Of a DNA stretch of 64,000 nucleotides, positions 46,450 to 56,451 are shown one piece after another. Source of the DNA: an uncultured Lachnospiraceae bacterium. Lineage in GTDB: Bacteria; Bacillota; Clostridia; Oscillospirales; CAG-272. A model generated the notes under the pieces. The model saw nothing but the letters and a program-made list of their open reading frames with translations, was not told where the DNA came from and did no database searches. Made by a program: the position numbers and the translations under genes. Position 1 is the stretch's first letter, and every line of letters begins with the position of its first letter. Location of the stretch: NCBI GenBank assembly GCA_964631595.1, contig CAZVXL010000004.1, positions 12,435 to 76,434 of the forward strand, read 5' to 3'.

Positions 46450-47406
46450 TCATCTGCCGGTCACGAAGGGAACCTCCACCGAGGCGAGGATATCCTTCAG
46501 TATATCGGTCTTGGATTCGCGGTTGATCCTTGCCTCTTGGCTGAGGATTATGCGGTGCGCCGTTGCGGGCAGGAACAGAGCGGATACGTCCTCGGGGGTA
46601 ACGTAGTCTCTGCCGGATACGAATGCGTAGGCTCTTGCAAGGCGCATCAGTGCAACGGAGGCACGGGGAGATGCGCCGAGAGAGATCGAGGGGCTCTTGC
46701 GCGTAGCCTGAATAAGAGACACTATGTATTTGCAGATGGCGGTGTCCATGCGTATGGATTCAACCGCACCGATGATCTCCTTGATCTCGGCGGCGTTCGA
46801 GACTGCGACAACGGAGGAAAGCGGGTTCTGCTCACGTCTGCCGACGACGATGGAAAGCTCCTCCGCCTCACTGGGATAGCCCATGGAGAGCCTGAGTGAG
46901 AAACGGTCAAGCTGTGCCTCGGGAAGCGGATACGTGCCGACGTAGCCCGAGGGGTTCTGAGTTGCGATGACGATAAAGGGAGAGGGAAGGGGATGCGTGT
47001 TTCCGTCAACGGTCACACTGCCCTCCTCCATTGCCTCCAAAAGAGAGGACTGCGTCTTGGGAGATGCGCGGTTGATCTCGTCTGCCAAGAGAAGATTGCA
47101 CATCGCAAGTCCCTCACGGAATTCGAATTTTTCCGTGCCCTTGTTGTACATATAAAAGCCGGTGATGTCCGATGCCATAACATCGGGGGTAAACTGCGCG
47201 CGGCGGAAATCAAGCCCCGCGGCACGGGAGATCGCCGCGACCATAGTCGTTTTTCCGACGCCGGGAACGTCCTCTATCAGAACGTGTCCGCCCGCAAGCA
47301 TTGCGGAAAGCAGGAGAACAAGCTCTCCTCTTTTGCCTACAACGACCTTTTCGGTCTGTTCGATTATTGCATTGACCTTGCTCTGGAGCTCGCGTATTTC
47401 ACTCAT
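46450..47406 (-). CDS. MoxR-family AAA+ ATPase
   Basis: 318 aa with Walker A EDVPGVGKT and Walker B LLADEINRASPKTQSSLLEAM. Confidence 0.9.
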   Translation of the reverse strand: MSEIRELQSKVNAIIEQTEKVVVGKRGELVLLLSAMLAGGHVLIEDVPGVGKTTMVAAISRAAGLDFRRAQFTPDVMASDITGFYMYNKGTEKFEFREGLAMCNLLLADEINRASPKTQSSLLEAMEEGSVTVDGNTHPLPSPFIVIATQNPSGYVGTYPLPEAQLDRFSLRLSMGYPSEAEELSIVVGRREQNPLSSVVAVSNAAEIKEIIGAVESIRMDTAICKYIVSLIQATRKSPSISLGASPRASVALMRLARAYAFVSGRDYVTPEDVSALFLPATAHRIILSQEARINRESKTDILKDILASVEVPFVTGR

Positions 47407-47731
47407 GTGATTTGTCCTTTCGTACTCTTTTTGAAAAGAATGTCGGTGTATGTTTGTTATATTTCACCATAACAAGCTAATTTTATCATGAATGAGAGGA
47501 AAACGCAATATAAAAAAACGCGCCGGTGCGGCTGTGGGAGGCTCTTGCGAAAAAGTTTACATATTCGGCACAATTCATTTGAAATTGAGACCTTCCCGCC
47601 GAGCCTCTCGTGCCGTGCCGAGACCGATCGGGCGACAAGGGCACGGAGGTGCGGCGAAAACGCGCCGGAACGGCAGCACGGGAGGAGCGAGGAGGGGAGA
47701 GGTGCTCTTTTTACAAAACCGCCAAAACCAC

Positions 47732-47760
47732 TTGCAAAGATGAGCGGATTGTGTTATAAT
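47732..47760 (+). promoter_or_regulatory. Sigma-A promoter upstream of SRP RNA/dnaX
   Basis: TTGCAA, 17-nt spacer, TATAAT with an extended TGT. Confidence 0.55.
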
Positions 47761-47877
47761 GTACGCATAAAGCTCGGCTTGACCGGTCTGTGCGGCGGCA
47801 TATGATGCGTCGGTCGCATAAGGGACTATTGCAGGCAGATGCTTTTACTCTATATTGAAGCGTCGATCTATGTGCGC

Positions 47878-48190
47878 CGAGGCTCGGCGGACAAATAAGG
47901 CCATACCAGTCGGGGAGGCAGCGGATCCCTGTACCCGCAATCCGCTTAGCGGGGATGGCATCCTCGGGTGAGAGCAGGCGTTGTTCTCAGCGCCCGCGTA
48001 TTCCGTGTTGATAAATGGGTCTTGTGCAATTTGCGGCTGTGAATCATGTCAGGTGGGGAACCAAGCAGCATTAAGCAGTGCGGCGAATGTGCCACAAGGC
48101 TGCCTGTTTTGAGCGGGAGCGAGGGAAGGCGGGTGGAACGCCTTGCCCGAGCCCGAGGTGTATGGTCTTATTTGGGTGCCGAGCCGATCT
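47878..48190 (+). ncRNA. ffs: Signal recognition particle RNA, long Bacillus type with Alu domain (ends +/-15 nt)
   Basis: The domain IV string ATGTCAGGTGGGGAACCAAGCAGCATTAAG matches B. subtilis scRNA AUGUCAGGUCCGGAAGGAAGCAGCAUUAAG. The Alu-domain string CGGGGAGGCAGCGGATCCCTGTACCCGCAATCCGCT is present. The 5' GGCTCGGC...AAATAAGGCCATACC pairs with the 3' GGTGTATGGTCTTATTT...GCCGAGCC. The position upstream of dnaX is classical. Confidence 0.85.
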
Positions 48191-48225
48191 GCGGAGCACC
48201 GGTCGAGCGCGCCTGTCAGCCTGTG

Positions 48226-48252
48226 AAACCGTGCATATCGGCGCGGTTTTTT
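48226..48252 (+). terminator. Hairpin plus T-run after the SRP RNA
   Basis: AAACCGTGC-ATATCG-GCGCGGTTT followed by TTTTTT. Confidence 0.55.
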
Positions 48253-48275
48253 CCTGACTTTATCTTGCGGAAGGG

Positions 48276-49889
48276 GTGAGCGCCGTGCATCTTGCATTAT
48301 ACCGAAAATACCGTCCACAGGTATTTGACGACGTGGTCGGTCAGGAGCATATCACCTCCGTGCTGAAGTATCAGGCGGCGCAGGACAAGGTGTCCCACGC
48401 ATACCTTTTCTGCGGCTCAAGGGGAACCGGAAAGACCTCCTCGGCAAAGATACTTGCAAAGGCGGTGAACTGCCTCTCTCCGGAGAACGGAAATCCCTGC
48501 GGCAAATGCGAGGCGTGCCTTGCGGTGGATTCGGGTACTGCCACGGACGTGGTGGAGATGGACGCCGCATCGAATAACGGTGTTGACAATATACGTGAGC
48601 TTCGCGACGAGGTCACCTACGCACCTGCGATGCTTCGCAGACGTGTGTATATCATAGATGAGGTGCATATGCTCTCCACCAGCGCCTTTAATGCGCTTCT
48701 CAAGACTCTTGAGGAGCCGCCGGAGCATGTGCTTTTTATTCTTGCGACAACGGAGCTTCATAAGCTTCCCGCGACGATAATATCCCGCTGTCAGCGGTTT
48801 GATTTCCGTAGGATAGGAATAGACGACATAGTCGGTCGGCTTTCGTATATAGCGGAGCAGGAGAGGATATCGCTTGAGCGCAGTGCCGCGGAGCGCATCG
48901 CGAGGATCGCGGAGGGCGGCATGAGAGATGCGGTCAGCCTTCTTGAGCTTTGCGCCGGAGGCGGAGCCGAGGTGAATGAGGCTCATGTCGAAGAAATACT
49001 CGGTGTTTCCGGCTATACGGCGGTGTGCGATACCGCGAGATATGTGGCAAAGGGAGACATGAAGGCTCTGTTCGGAGCAGTTGCCAAGGCTTGCGAGAAT
49101 AAGGATATCTCCGTTTTTTGGCAGGAGCTTCTTTCCTTTTGGCGAGATATGCTCGTTGCGAAATACGCGGACGATTTCAGAGAATATCTTGATATTACCG
49201 AGAGCGAGGCGGAGCTTCTGGCGGATACCGCCGCTCTGTTCCCGCTCGGAACGCTTGTGTATCAGTCGGGCATCATGGACGAGGCGATGAGGGCGATGAC
49301 GCGCTCACCGCAGACCAAGAGAGTGACGGCGGAGCTTGCGTTTGTGAGAATGTGCAGACCGGAGGCGGATTCCTCCGCCGAGGCGCTTGCCGCTCGTGTG
49401 TCCGAGCTTGAGGATAAAATAAGACTTCTCGGTGCCGGTGTCGTCCCGATGACTGCGCGGGACAGCGTGAATGTCACCTCCCCCGCCGAGGAGAAGCCCG
49501 CGCGCGCGGACGCTGCGGCGGAGAGAGCGCGTGCCGACGACCCATCAAAGGTCGAGACTGTGCAAAAAACGCAGGTCGCGGCGGGGACTACGGAGTATTC
49601 GCCTGTTCCCGATATGAGCGGCGTGATCGAAAAGCTGACGAGAACGAGCCCGATGGCAGTGGACTTCTTGCGGATGTCGAGGGTGGAGATATCCGCCGAC
49701 GGCGGCAAGATAAGAGTTATCCCCGAAAACGATTTTGCAGGGCAGATGCTCTCGGGGGAGGATACCCTGCGGGCTGTGGCGGAGGCATTTTTGCTTACCG
49801 GAGTTTGCGATGTTCTGCCGTCGGTAGCTGTCGAAAAGGCAGTGCCAAAGAAAAAGAGCATTGCGGCGGATGAGCTGTTCGGACTGTAA
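48276..49889 (+). CDS. dnaX: DNA polymerase III subunit gamma/tau
   Basis: LYRKYRPQVFDDVVGQ, GSRGTGKTS, the Zn module CGKCEAC and IIDEVHMLS. The start is a GTG at 48276 or, more likely given the GGAAGGGG RBS, the GTG at 48285. Confidence 0.95.
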   Translation: MSAVHLALYRKYRPQVFDDVVGQEHITSVLKYQAAQDKVSHAYLFCGSRGTGKTSSAKILAKAVNCLSPENGNPCGKCEACLAVDSGTATDVVEMDAASNNGVDNIRELRDEVTYAPAMLRRRVYIIDEVHMLSTSAFNALLKTLEEPPEHVLFILATTELHKLPATIISRCQRFDFRRIGIDDIVGRLSYIAEQERISLERSAAERIARIAEGGMRDAVSLLELCAGGGAEVNEAHVEEILGVSGYTAVCDTARYVAKGDMKALFGAVAKACENKDISVFWQELLSFWRDMLVAKYADDFREYLDITESEAELLADTAALFPLGTLVYQSGIMDEAMRAMTRSPQTKRVTAELAFVRMCRPEADSSAEALAARVSELEDKIRLLGAGVVPMTARDSVNVTSPAEEKPARADAAAERARADDPSKVETVQKTQVAAGTTEYSPVPDMSGVIEKLTRTSPMAVDFLRMSRVEISADGGKIRVIPENDFAGQMLSGEDTLRAVAEAFLLTGVCDVLPSVAVEKAVPKKKSIAADELFGL

Positions 49890-49937
49890 CGGCTCCGCGC
49901 CATATAATAATGTAATAATTTAAGGAGAAAACAGGCA

Positions 49938-50285
49938 ATGAAAGCAAGACTTCCCAAGGGTATGGGCGGCGGCCCTACCGATATGAACAGCATGATAAAG
50001 CAGGCTCAGAAGATGCAGGAGGATATGACCGCACTTCAAGAGGAGCTTGATCTGAAGGAGTACGAGGTCGCCGCAGGCGGCGGCGCCGTGACCGTCAGGA
50101 TCAACGGCAAGTCCGAGGTGCTCGGCATCGAGATCGACCCCGAGATCGTCGACCCAGATGATATCGAGACCCTGCAGGATATCCTCGTGGCGGGTGTCAA
50201 CGAGGCGATAAAGAGAGTGAATGAGACAAATTCCTCCGAAATGTCGAAGATCACCGGATCGCTCAATATGGCGGAGCTTTTCTGA
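49938..50285 (+). CDS. ybaB: YbaB/EbfC nucleoid-associated protein
   Basis: 115 aa with MIKQAQKMQEDM... and synteny between dnaX and recR. Confidence 0.9.
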   Translation: MKARLPKGMGGGPTDMNSMIKQAQKMQEDMTALQEELDLKEYEVAAGGGAVTVRINGKSEVLGIEIDPEIVDPDDIETLQDILVAGVNEAIKRVNETNSSEMSKITGSLNMAELF

Positions 50286-50288
50286 TAA

Positions 50289-50888
50289 ATGGCTGAGTAT
50301 ATAGAGCAGATAGAGCATCTTGCGGACTGCTTCAGACATCTTGACGGAGTAGGGCGCAAGAGCGCACTCAGAATGGTGTTTTCCGTGCTTGATATGTCGG
50401 AGGATGAGGTGCGCGAGTTTGCCGAGGCGCTGACGGCACTGAAGACCGATATCGGCTACTGCCCAGACTGCTGTAATATCTCCGACGGCGGGCTTTGCCC
50501 CGTGTGTGCCGATCCGGAGAGAGACCGCACTCAGCTTTGCGTTGTCGAGGATTTCCGTGCGGTGGCGGCTGTCGAGCGCGCCAAGGGCTATAACGGGCTT
50601 TACCACGTGCTGCACGGCTCCATATCCCCGATGAAGGGAGTGGGACCGGACGATCTCACCGTAAAGGAGCTCATCTCACGCCTGAAAAAGGGCGGTATAG
50701 ACGAGGTGATACTTGCCACAAATCCGACCGTAGAGGGCGAAACAACGGCAATGTATCTCTCAAGGCTCATCTCTCCTCTCGGGATACGGACAAGCCGAAT
50801 AGCAAACGGCGTCCCTGTGGGTGGAGATCTTGAATATACCGATGAGATAACTATGCGAAAGGCACTTGAAGGAAGATACGAGCTTTAG
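50289..50888 (+). CDS. recR: Recombination protein RecR
   Basis: 199 aa with the C4 zinc finger CPDCCNISDGGLCPVC and a Toprim domain. Confidence 0.95.
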   Translation: MAEYIEQIEHLADCFRHLDGVGRKSALRMVFSVLDMSEDEVREFAEALTALKTDIGYCPDCCNISDGGLCPVCADPERDRTQLCVVEDFRAVAAVERAKGYNGLYHVLHGSISPMKGVGPDDLTVKELISRLKKGGIDEVILATNPTVEGETTAMYLSRLISPLGIRTSRIANGVPVGGDLEYTDEITMRKALEGRYEL

Positions 50889-51056
50889 CGACGAAAATTC
50901 GACATTATTTTCGATGTTTACAAAATATGATATAATTTTGCTTCGCTTGTGAATATAATTAGAAAGGCTTGTCCCGATTTTTCGGGGATCCGCGACCGCT
51001 TACGGAGCGCGGAGCCGATTTCGTAATGACGCATTTTTGCGCGTTAATATATATCA

Positions 51057-53384
51057 ATGAAAGGGAGGAAAAGACCGCGATGCGGTCTGGAAGCGATTTT
51101 GGAAAGATTATTCGAATACCTCAAGAGAAGTCTGAAGATCGCCAGAAAGAGTATCTTTTTTAACTTCAAGCAGTACATATATTTCTTTATTGCATTGCTT
51201 ATAGTTCAGATGTTCTACGGCATCATGACTATCTCCGCGTACAACAACAGAGTTGTTGAGCGTGATTCCGCGGTGAGCGAGTATAACTATGATATAATGC
51301 TGTCTCACCTCAACGAATCGCAGTATCTGAAGGTCAAGAATTACGGCGGTTCGGAGTTCTCCGGCGATAAGTACTACAAGCTGCTTGAGGGCGGCACCGC
51401 AGAGTACACCGACGGAGGAGACAAGTACTACGACGTCCGTCTCGTATTTACCGAGAAGGATACGGGGGCATGTCTCAACAAGTTTACCGATCAGTATTAC
51501 AATGTCAAGGAGCAGAAGGGTGCACTTCTGACCGGCGCCGACGCTAATAATAAATTCTATTATTACGAGTCGCCGCGTATGCAGATCGACAGCAACATAA
51601 TCGCAAATCAGGCAAGCTATTACGCAATATCCGGACTTCTGCTTGCTCTGTCGATATTCCTTATGACCTCACTTTACAATATCCGTGTGAACCAGTACAA
51701 GTTCACCTACGGTGTGTATATGACCTACGGTGCGGACTTCAAGAAGCTGTTCGGTACGGCTTTTTGGGAAATGTTCATGATCTCATGCATAACCTTTATC
51801 CCGTCCGTTATCATTTCGACCGTTGTCGTATACCTCATCTACCTGCCGTCCGGCTTTGCGTTCGCGTTTAATCCGCTCGTATTCTTGCAGGTATTCGTGT
51901 TCAGCCTTATCGTAGTGCTGTTTGCCGTGTTCTTCCCTATGAGAATCATGGCTATCCGTCAGCCTATGTCGCTTATAGTAACACAGGATAACTCAAACCT
52001 CGTTATATCCCCGAAGTATTCGATCAATGTGTTCAAGAAGAAGTTCCCGACGATGTACGAGCTGTATTCGTCTTGGAGATTCCGCAAGTACAGCGTAAAC
52101 CTGCTTGCGACGGCGATCGTCTTCTGTGCATTCTTTATCATGGGACTTTACCTTGCCGATATCTATACGACGGATCTCGAGTACAACAGACCCGACTTCA
52201 GGATAGATCTTGAGGACTCCTACGCTGATTACGATCAGGATATGAGCGATGAGCTTTATGCCATTGAAGGTATCGAGGCGGTGCAGGTGGCAGACAACTC
52301 CGTTGAGGCGACCGAGCTCGGTACGCATATCCTTGTCGGCAAGTCCGACGTAAAGCTCTTTGCTTCGAGCGTAGTCAACTACAAGGGCGACGATTTCGAC
52401 GGCGAGGGCGATATGAGAGCCTGCAACTCAGTAGCGTTCAATGCGACGAGCGAGGAGCAGATAAAGGTGCTTGAGGAGTTCTACAACTACGAGGGCGACC
52501 TTCTCTCTGCCGTAAAGAACGAAAACACCGTCATCATCGGAGAATCCGTTTCCAATATCTCCACCTTCAAGTATGAGGTCGGAGACAAGATCTGGGTGGG
52601 CGTCCGCAAGGATAACAAATCCATTGACGGAAATCTCACCGGCAAGACCCTGCTCCGTGAGCAGATCGAAAAGTTCAGCTTCGAGTACGAGGAATTCACC
52701 ATCGGTGCCATCCTTACGGATATCCCCTCGGGCGATATGCCGATATTCTTCAGCGAGTCCGACTATAAGACGGTGACCGGAAAGGATGCAAAGGCTTATA
52801 ACCTTAACGTCTATATAGATCAGAGCATCGAGGGCGAGAAGCTTTCCTCTCTTGATAACTCACTGCGTGAGTGGAGCAGAGGCTACGGTAACGTAAATGT
52901 TGAGAACACCTACCAGATCTCAAAGAACAGCGTTGCCTACGATAAGCACAACAACGAGCTCTATATCTGTATCTCCATTCTGCTTCTCGGAATTTCCCCG
53001 ATCATGTGGTTCTTCTCCCAGTCTCTCTACTATCTCAAGCGCGAGTCCGAGTTCAATATCCTTCAGGCTCTCGGCGCAATGGTAAAGGAGATCAGACAGA
53101 TATACGTTCAGGGCGGTCTTATTATGGCGGGTCTGTCCCTGATAGTCAGCTTTATCCTCAGCTTCCTCGGAAGCTATGCACTGTTCTATGTGTATAACGT
53201 AATGATGCCTTACTTTACCGGTGAGAATGTACGCTACGCGTTCTATATGCCGTGGTACGCTCTCCTCACAAGTATCGTGGTGTCCGTAGGCTGCGGCTTC
53301 CTGTCTGCGTACTTCCCCTTCAGAAGCTACATAAAGAACCGCTTCACACTCCAGAACGGTGGCGGCGGCGAATACGGCGACTGA
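51057..53384 (+). CDS. ABC transporter permease, FtsX/MacB-like with duplicated 4-TM modules
   Basis: 775 aa with two FtsX-type TM bundles separated by a large extracytoplasmic domain. An ATPase gene follows. Confidence 0.75.
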   Translation: MKGRKRPRCGLEAILERLFEYLKRSLKIARKSIFFNFKQYIYFFIALLIVQMFYGIMTISAYNNRVVERDSAVSEYNYDIMLSHLNESQYLKVKNYGGSEFSGDKYYKLLEGGTAEYTDGGDKYYDVRLVFTEKDTGACLNKFTDQYYNVKEQKGALLTGADANNKFYYYESPRMQIDSNIIANQASYYAISGLLLALSIFLMTSLYNIRVNQYKFTYGVYMTYGADFKKLFGTAFWEMFMISCITFIPSVIISTVVVYLIYLPSGFAFAFNPLVFLQVFVFSLIVVLFAVFFPMRIMAIRQPMSLIVTQDNSNLVISPKYSINVFKKKFPTMYELYSSWRFRKYSVNLLATAIVFCAFFIMGLYLADIYTTDLEYNRPDFRIDLEDSYADYDQDMSDELYAIEGIEAVQVADNSVEATELGTHILVGKSDVKLFASSVVNYKGDDFDGEGDMRACNSVAFNATSEEQIKVLEEFYNYEGDLLSAVKNENTVIIGESVSNISTFKYEVGDKIWVGVRKDNKSIDGNLTGKTLLREQIEKFSFEYEEFTIGAILTDIPSGDMPIFFSESDYKTVTGKDAKAYNLNVYIDQSIEGEKLSSLDNSLREWSRGYGNVNVENTYQISKNSVAYDKHNNELYICISILLLGISPIMWFFSQSLYYLKRESEFNILQALGAMVKEIRQIYVQGGLIMAGLSLIVSFILSFLGSYALFYVYNVMMPYFTGENVRYAFYMPWYALLTSIVVSVGCGFLSAYFPFRSYIKNRFTLQNGGGGEYGD

Positions 53385-53426
53385 TATAGCCGATAATAAA
53401 TTTAAGAAAGAAAAGGATTTACGAAC

Positions 53427-54146
53427 ATGGCTGAATATATGCTTCAAACCGAAAGCGTGATTAAGCAGTACAAGCAGTCCGATTCCGTTATCACTGCTGT
53501 AAACCGCGCCAGCATAAAAGTTGAAAAGGGCGAGTTTGTCGCCATTATCGGTACCTCGGGATCCGGTAAATCGACCTTCCTTCATATCTGTGCGGGACTT
53601 GATAAGCCCGACGCGGGAAGCGTCACCATCAACGGAACCGAGATCACAAAGCTCTCTCATGATGCACTCGGTCGCTTCCGCGGCGAGAATATGGGCTTCA
53701 TCTTCCAGAAGCACAACCTTATCCCTCAGTTTACCGCACTTGAGAACATCCTCATTCCCACAATGATGTGTAATAAGGCGGATATGGAATATCAGGAGAA
53801 CCTCCGTCACTTGGTAGAAACGCTTGATCTCGGTGAGAGACTCAATCACCTGCCGAGCGAGCTGTCGGGCGGTCAGCAGCAGCGTGTTGCAATTGCCCGT
53901 GCGCTTATCAACAATCCCGATATAATCATGGCGGACGAGCCTACCGGAGCTCTTGACAGAAAGAACGCCGATGAGGTGCTGAACCTTCTCTTTAAGACGA
54001 GAGAGGAGTTCGGAATGACACTTGTAATGGTTACACACGATTTGGCGATCGCGGACAGAGCTGACCGTATCTTCCGTATGGAAGCGGGCGAGCTGAAGCT
54101 TGAGCGTGACTATATCACGGGTAACAGAAAAACTCAGGAGTATTAA
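53427..54146 (+). CDS. ABC transporter ATP-binding protein (MacB/LolD-type)
   Basis: Walker A GTSGSGKST, signature LSGGQQQRVAIARAL, Walker B IIMADEPT. Confidence 0.9.
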   Translation: MAEYMLQTESVIKQYKQSDSVITAVNRASIKVEKGEFVAIIGTSGSGKSTFLHICAGLDKPDAGSVTINGTEITKLSHDALGRFRGENMGFIFQKHNLIPQFTALENILIPTMMCNKADMEYQENLRHLVETLDLGERLNHLPSELSGGQQQRVAIARALINNPDIIMADEPTGALDRKNADEVLNLLFKTREEFGMTLVMVTHDLAIADRADRIFRMEAGELKLERDYITGNRKTQEY

Positions 54147-54239
54147 GACACATAGACAGCCCAGATGATTCTGGGCTGTCTCATACTGTGTTTCGGAAAG
54201 TGAGTTACACAAACAGTTCTTTCCGTAAGAGGAGCTTTT

Positions 54240-55118
54240 ATGCAAAACGATATACTTGATCTAATAAAGGAAAAGCACGCCGGAATGTCGAAGGGGCATC
54301 GCTTGGTGGCGGATTATGTGTGGGAGCATTTCGAATCTGCCGCATATATGACCGCCCAGAGCCTCGGTGCGGCGGCGGGAGTATCTGAATCGACCGTGGT
54401 GCGCTTCGCATCTGAAATGGGACTTGACGGATATCCGGAGCTTCAGCAGAAGATACAGGAGGCGGCAAGACACCGTCTAACCTCCGTCCAGCGGATCAGA
54501 CTGTCGGAGGCGCGTCTCGGTGAGGATATCCCCGGAAGCGTGCTGTCCTCGGATATGGAAAAGATACGGTACACCATGGAGCATTTGTCGCGCGAGAGCT
54601 TTTCGAGGGCGATGGATGCGATAGCCACGGCGGGAAATATATATATAACGGGTGCGCGCTCGTCTGCGGCGCTTGCCCAGTTTATGTATTATTATTTTGA
54701 TATTATTTTCGATAACGTAAAGCTGATCAGATATTCCGGCGGAAGCGAGATATTCGAGAAGCTGATGAAGATCGGTAAGAACGACGTGATGATCGCGATA
54801 AGCTTCCCGAGATATTCCGCAAACATAGCGAAGGCGGCGGATTTCGCGGCATCTGCGGGAGCGAGCGTGATAGCTATCACGGACAGCCCGTCGGCGCCTG
54901 TTGCAAGATGTGCCGCCGAGGTGCTCACCGCGAGAAGTGATATGGCATCCTTTGCCGATTCGCTCGTAGCTCCGCTCAGCATCATCAATGCGATGATAGC
55001 GGCGGCGGCGAGCCGCAAGGAGGGCGAGCTCTCGTCCACTCTCACCCGACTTGAGGAGGTCTGGGAGGAATACAACGTGTACGGAACGTCAGGAAATGCC
55101 GATAGGGAAGATAAATAA
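54240..55118 (+). CDS. MurR/RpiR-family transcriptional regulator (HTH plus SIS)
   Basis: N-terminal HTH_6-like region (SKGHRLVADYV...TAQSLGAAAGVSESTVVRF) and an SIS domain (IYITGARSSAALA). Confidence 0.8.
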   Translation: MQNDILDLIKEKHAGMSKGHRLVADYVWEHFESAAYMTAQSLGAAAGVSESTVVRFASEMGLDGYPELQQKIQEAARHRLTSVQRIRLSEARLGEDIPGSVLSSDMEKIRYTMEHLSRESFSRAMDAIATAGNIYITGARSSAALAQFMYYYFDIIFDNVKLIRYSGGSEIFEKLMKIGKNDVMIAISFPRYSANIAKAADFAASAGASVIAITDSPSAPVARCAAEVLTARSDMASFADSLVAPLSIINAMIAAAASRKEGELSSTLTRLEEVWEEYNVYGTSGNADREDK

Positions 55119-56377
55119 TGAAGCGTGATCTTGATGTTGCCGTGATCGGCGCGGGAGCTGCCGGAATGATGGCGGCGATAAGCGCGGCGCGCGAGGGAGC
55201 GTCGGTCGCGGTGTTTGAAAAGAATACCCGAACGGGAAGAAAGCTGCGGATCACGGGCAAGGGACGGTGCAATGTCACAAACAACTGCACCGTGCAGGAG
55301 TTTATGAGCGCCGTGCCGGAAAACTCCAAATTCCTGTACAGCGCCCTTGCGGGATTTTCGCCCTCGGATACAATGAGCTTTTTCGAGGAGCACGGAGTAC
55401 CGCTGAAAACGGAGCGTGGCAGGAGAGTGTTTCCCGTGTCCGACAATGCCCACGATATAGCGGGTGCGCTTGAGCGCGCGGCGGCTGAGGTGGGCGTGGA
55501 AACGGTGCTCGGATGTGATGTGACCTCACTGCTCAGTGAGGAGGCGGACGGCAAGGTGCGCGTTACGGGAATCGTCGCGGGCGGCAGAAGGATAGACGCG
55601 CGCGCGGTGATCGTCGCGACCGGCGGCGTGTCGTATCCCGCAACGGGCTCCACGGGAGACGGCTACCGATTTGCGGAAAGGCTCGGGCTGAAGGTGATCC
55701 CGCCGATGCCGTCACTGATACCGATCGTTACGGCGGAGCCGACCTCACATCTCTCAGGGCTGACGCTGAAAAACGTGGTGCTGTCCGTGAATGACAGAAG
55801 AGGTCGCGCCGTCTTTTCGGAGATGGGCGAGATGCTGTTTACTCATTTCGGACTGTCCGGTCCGCTTGTTTTGTCCGCATCGGCGCATATGCGTGACGGC
55901 GCGGAGGCTTATACGGTGCATATCGACCTGAAGCCCGCGCTTGACGAAAAAACGCTTGATGCCAGATTGGTGTCCGATTTTTCGCAGTGCTCTGCGAAGA
56001 ATTTCTCGAATTCTCTCTCAAAGCTCCTGCCGCGAACGCTTATCCCCGAGGTGATCGAGCGATCGGGCATATCTCCGTACAAAAAGACCTCGGAGGTGAC
56101 CAAGGCGGAGCGGCGCAGACTTTTGGAGCTACTGAAGGATCTTGAATTTACTCCCACGGGCTTTCGACCCGTCGATGAGGCGATAGTCACCCGAGGCGGA
56201 ATTGATACTGCGGCGATAAAGCCCTCCACGATGGAGTCAAGAGCTGTCGGCGGACTGTATTTTGCCGGCGAGGTGATAGATACGGATGCTTATACCGGCG
56301 GATATAACCTTCAGATCGCATTTGCCACGGGCAGACTTGCGGGAAGGTCTGCCGGCAGGCAGAGTACGGGCGAATAG
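55118..56377 (+). CDS. HI0933/BaiN-like NAD(P)/FAD-dependent oxidoreductase
   Basis: VAVIGAGAAGMMAA, ITGKGRCNVTN, and the C-terminal GGLYFAGEVIDTDAYTGGYNLQIAF. Confidence 0.8.
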   Translation: MKRDLDVAVIGAGAAGMMAAISAAREGASVAVFEKNTRTGRKLRITGKGRCNVTNNCTVQEFMSAVPENSKFLYSALAGFSPSDTMSFFEEHGVPLKTERGRRVFPVSDNAHDIAGALERAAAEVGVETVLGCDVTSLLSEEADGKVRVTGIVAGGRRIDARAVIVATGGVSYPATGSTGDGYRFAERLGLKVIPPMPSLIPIVTAEPTSHLSGLTLKNVVLSVNDRRGRAVFSEMGEMLFTHFGLSGPLVLSASAHMRDGAEAYTVHIDLKPALDEKTLDARLVSDFSQCSAKNFSNSLSKLLPRTLIPEVIERSGISPYKKTSEVTKAERRRLLELLKDLEFTPTGFRPVDEAIVTRGGIDTAAIKPSTMESRAVGGLYFAGEVIDTDAYTGGYNLQIAFATGRLAGRSAGRQSTGE

Positions 56378-56414
56378 CGCTCTGCGGCAAACGCCGCTTC
56401 ATACGGGATAACAG

Positions 56415-56451
56415 AAAAACGCACCCCTGTCACGAACGGGAGTGCGTTTTT
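56415..56451 (+). terminator. Intrinsic terminator
   Basis: AAAAACGCACCCC...GGGAGTGCGTTTTT. Confidence 0.6.

Noticed and set aside
48046-48318. ORFs of 77 and 89 aa overlapping the SRP RNA
   Set aside because: The region matches the conserved SRP RNA domain IV and Alu-domain strings and folds into a long terminal helix, so the ORFs are incidental.
49840-49870. Programmed -1 frameshift site in dnaX (as in E. coli gamma/tau)
   Set aside because: The AAAGAAAAAG run near the 3' end is not the A-AAA-AAG slippery heptamer. It lies too close to the stop to yield a gamma-like product.
50969-51163. 64-aa ORF overlapping the start of the ABC permease gene
   Set aside because: It has no recognisable motif. 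The AAGGGAGG string at 51060-51067 could serve its internal ATG at 51080, but the product would be a 27-aa peptide with no conservation I can judge. Left uncalled.
52920-54245. 441-aa ORF antisense to the ABC permease and ATPase genes
   Set aside because: It spans two well-supported plus-strand genes (Walker A/B and the ABC signature are present on the plus strand). It is a shadow ORF.
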